This document shows, piece by piece, positions 63,203-64,000 of a stretch of 64,000 nt of DNA. Source of the stretch: a virus (taxonomy: Duplodnaviria > Caudoviricetes); the IMG/VR virus record IMGVR_UViG_3300017763_003980; one strand, given 5' to 3'. Position 1 is the first letter of the stretch, and each line of letters begins with the position of its first letter. The notes beneath the pieces are model-generated. The model searched no databases. It had not been told where the DNA came from and worked only from the letters and a program-made list of their open reading frames with translations. The position numbers and the translations under genes are program-made.

Positions 63203-64000
63203 CTAAGTTACAATATTAATAGTGTTGCCCATTCCACTGTGTGCAGTACATTGGTAATAGATAGTGCTCGGTGCCGTCATTGGTACTGTCCAAGTTATAG
63301 TTCCATTTGTTTGTGTATTGTTAGTTACCCCTGTATTGTAAGCTGAACCACCGTTGCTTTGCCTTAGCTGGAATGGATGACCTCCTGCATTAACAACAAA
63401 TTTGTATGTTTCACCTCTACGCACATAAAGTACTGGATCATTTTCTGCACCTAGTGGAAAGTATCTTGTGTCTTGTGCAAATACGTAGTCGCTTGAACCA
63501 TTAGATGTAATATTAAATGTTGAAGTAGGGTCAGGAGCGGATGTAATGTATCCAGCACCGTTAGTCAACTGATTGTTGTTTGTTGGAACATCATCACTAA
63601 GTGTTATAGTTTTCCATGCACTAGCTATTCTTAACTGTAATTTTGTTAGTGTTGAGTTATAAATTACATCACCAGTTGATGCTGTAAGAGCATCACGCTC
63701 TGCTGTAGTAAAACTTTTTATCCTAAGTTGGCTACTTCCAATAATTACTGCACCTTGTGCATTAAGTTCTATATTAGTAGCTGATGTAATCTTTGGACTA
63801 CCAACTGCTGTGCTAACAAATTTATTTGCTCTAACCGTATTATTAACTACAAGATCGTTTTCTACAGTTAAATCACTTTGTATTACCATTGCAGGAGTTA
63901 CTGTAATGCTACTACTATCGTTAGTATCCATTACGCTACCAGTAAGAGTAAATGCTCCTAGTGAGCCGCCTCCACCGCTTTGTGCTACCCATGCATAGTC
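63203..64000 (-). CDS. tail/virion protein with a C-terminal cupredoxin-like domain, 5' end outside the window
   Basis: Frame is open from 63931 to the window edge (DYAWVAQSGGGG...); C-terminal GHPF...YYQCTAHSGMG Cys/His/Met motif. Confidence 0.7.
   Translation of the reverse strand, partial: DYAWVAQSGGGGSLGAFTLTGSVMDTNDSSSITVTPAMVIQSDLTVENDLVVNNTVRANKFVSTAVGSPKITSATNIELNAQGAVIIGSSQLRIKSFTTAERDALTASTGDVIYNSTLTKLQLRIASAWKTITLSDDVPTNNNQLTNGAGYITSAPDPTSTFNITSNGSSDYVFAQDTRYFPLGAENDPVLYVRRGETYKFVVNAGGHPFQLRQSNGGSAYNTGVTNNTQTNGTITWTVPMTAPSTIYYQCTAHSGMGNTINIVT

Noticed and set aside
65-63998. Many plus-strand ORFs in the track (e.g. 749-1084, 3654-4037, 25853-26413, 37906-38433, 39618-40088)
   Set aside because: They are antisense shadows of well-supported minus-strand genes, with no SD, no motifs and odd composition. 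Only phoH is accepted on the plus strand.
1-64000. tRNA, rRNA, CRISPR arrays, integrase, transposase, homing endonuclease, introns or inteins
   Set aside because: I saw no cloverleaf, repeat-spacer array or catalytic motifs, and the polymerase, ClpA and ThyX are of normal uninterrupted length. A tRNAscan/Infernal run would be needed to exclude small RNAs.
1-64000. Stop-codon reassignment, as seen in some jumbo phages
   Set aside because: Genes are full length and tightly packed under the standard code, with TAA, TGA and TAG all ending ORFs

Overview
About 64 kb of an AT-rich, T4-like (probably jumbo) myovirus genome. Evidence: a family-B DNA polymerase, gp45-like clamp, gp44-like clamp loader, T4 RNase H-like nuclease, baseplate and tail genes, and T4-type late promoters (ATAAATA) alongside sigma70-like TTGACA-N16/17-TAnAnT promoters. 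Nearly all genes are on the minus strand; phoH is the only convincing plus-strand gene. The code is standard. I saw no tRNA, rRNA, CRISPR array, integrase or transposase. Modules from left to right: (1) panD, an unknown gene and a truncated ATP-grasp ligase that the ORF track misses; (2) tail fibre, AAA+/vWA pair, 2OG-Fe(II) oxygenases and a nitrilase; (3) a 7-deazaguanine DNA-modification cluster (folE, queE, QueD-like, TGT/DpdA-like) with no queC or queF in the window, interleaved with HIT, PRTase, cupin and GT4 glycosyltransferase genes; (4) nucleotide-sugar genes between the clamp and the polymerase; (5) about 7.4 kb of Lys-rich putative internal-head polyproteins; (6) ClpA, DnaJ and a lysis cassette; (7) two secreted cytochrome c/dicopper monooxygenase paralogues followed by a 23-codon PqqA-like peptide gene (45026-45097), also absent from the ORF track; (8) thyX, ferredoxin, clamp loader, MazG, GroES and a stand-alone DnaE fragment; (9) a baseplate protein fused to esterase and YHYH domains, and a subtilase. 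The strongest leads are the pqqA/monooxygenase operon, the panD/ATP-grasp cluster, a possibly glycosylated 7-deazaguanine system and the internal-head polyproteins. All family assignments come from recognising motifs by eye; no database search was run.
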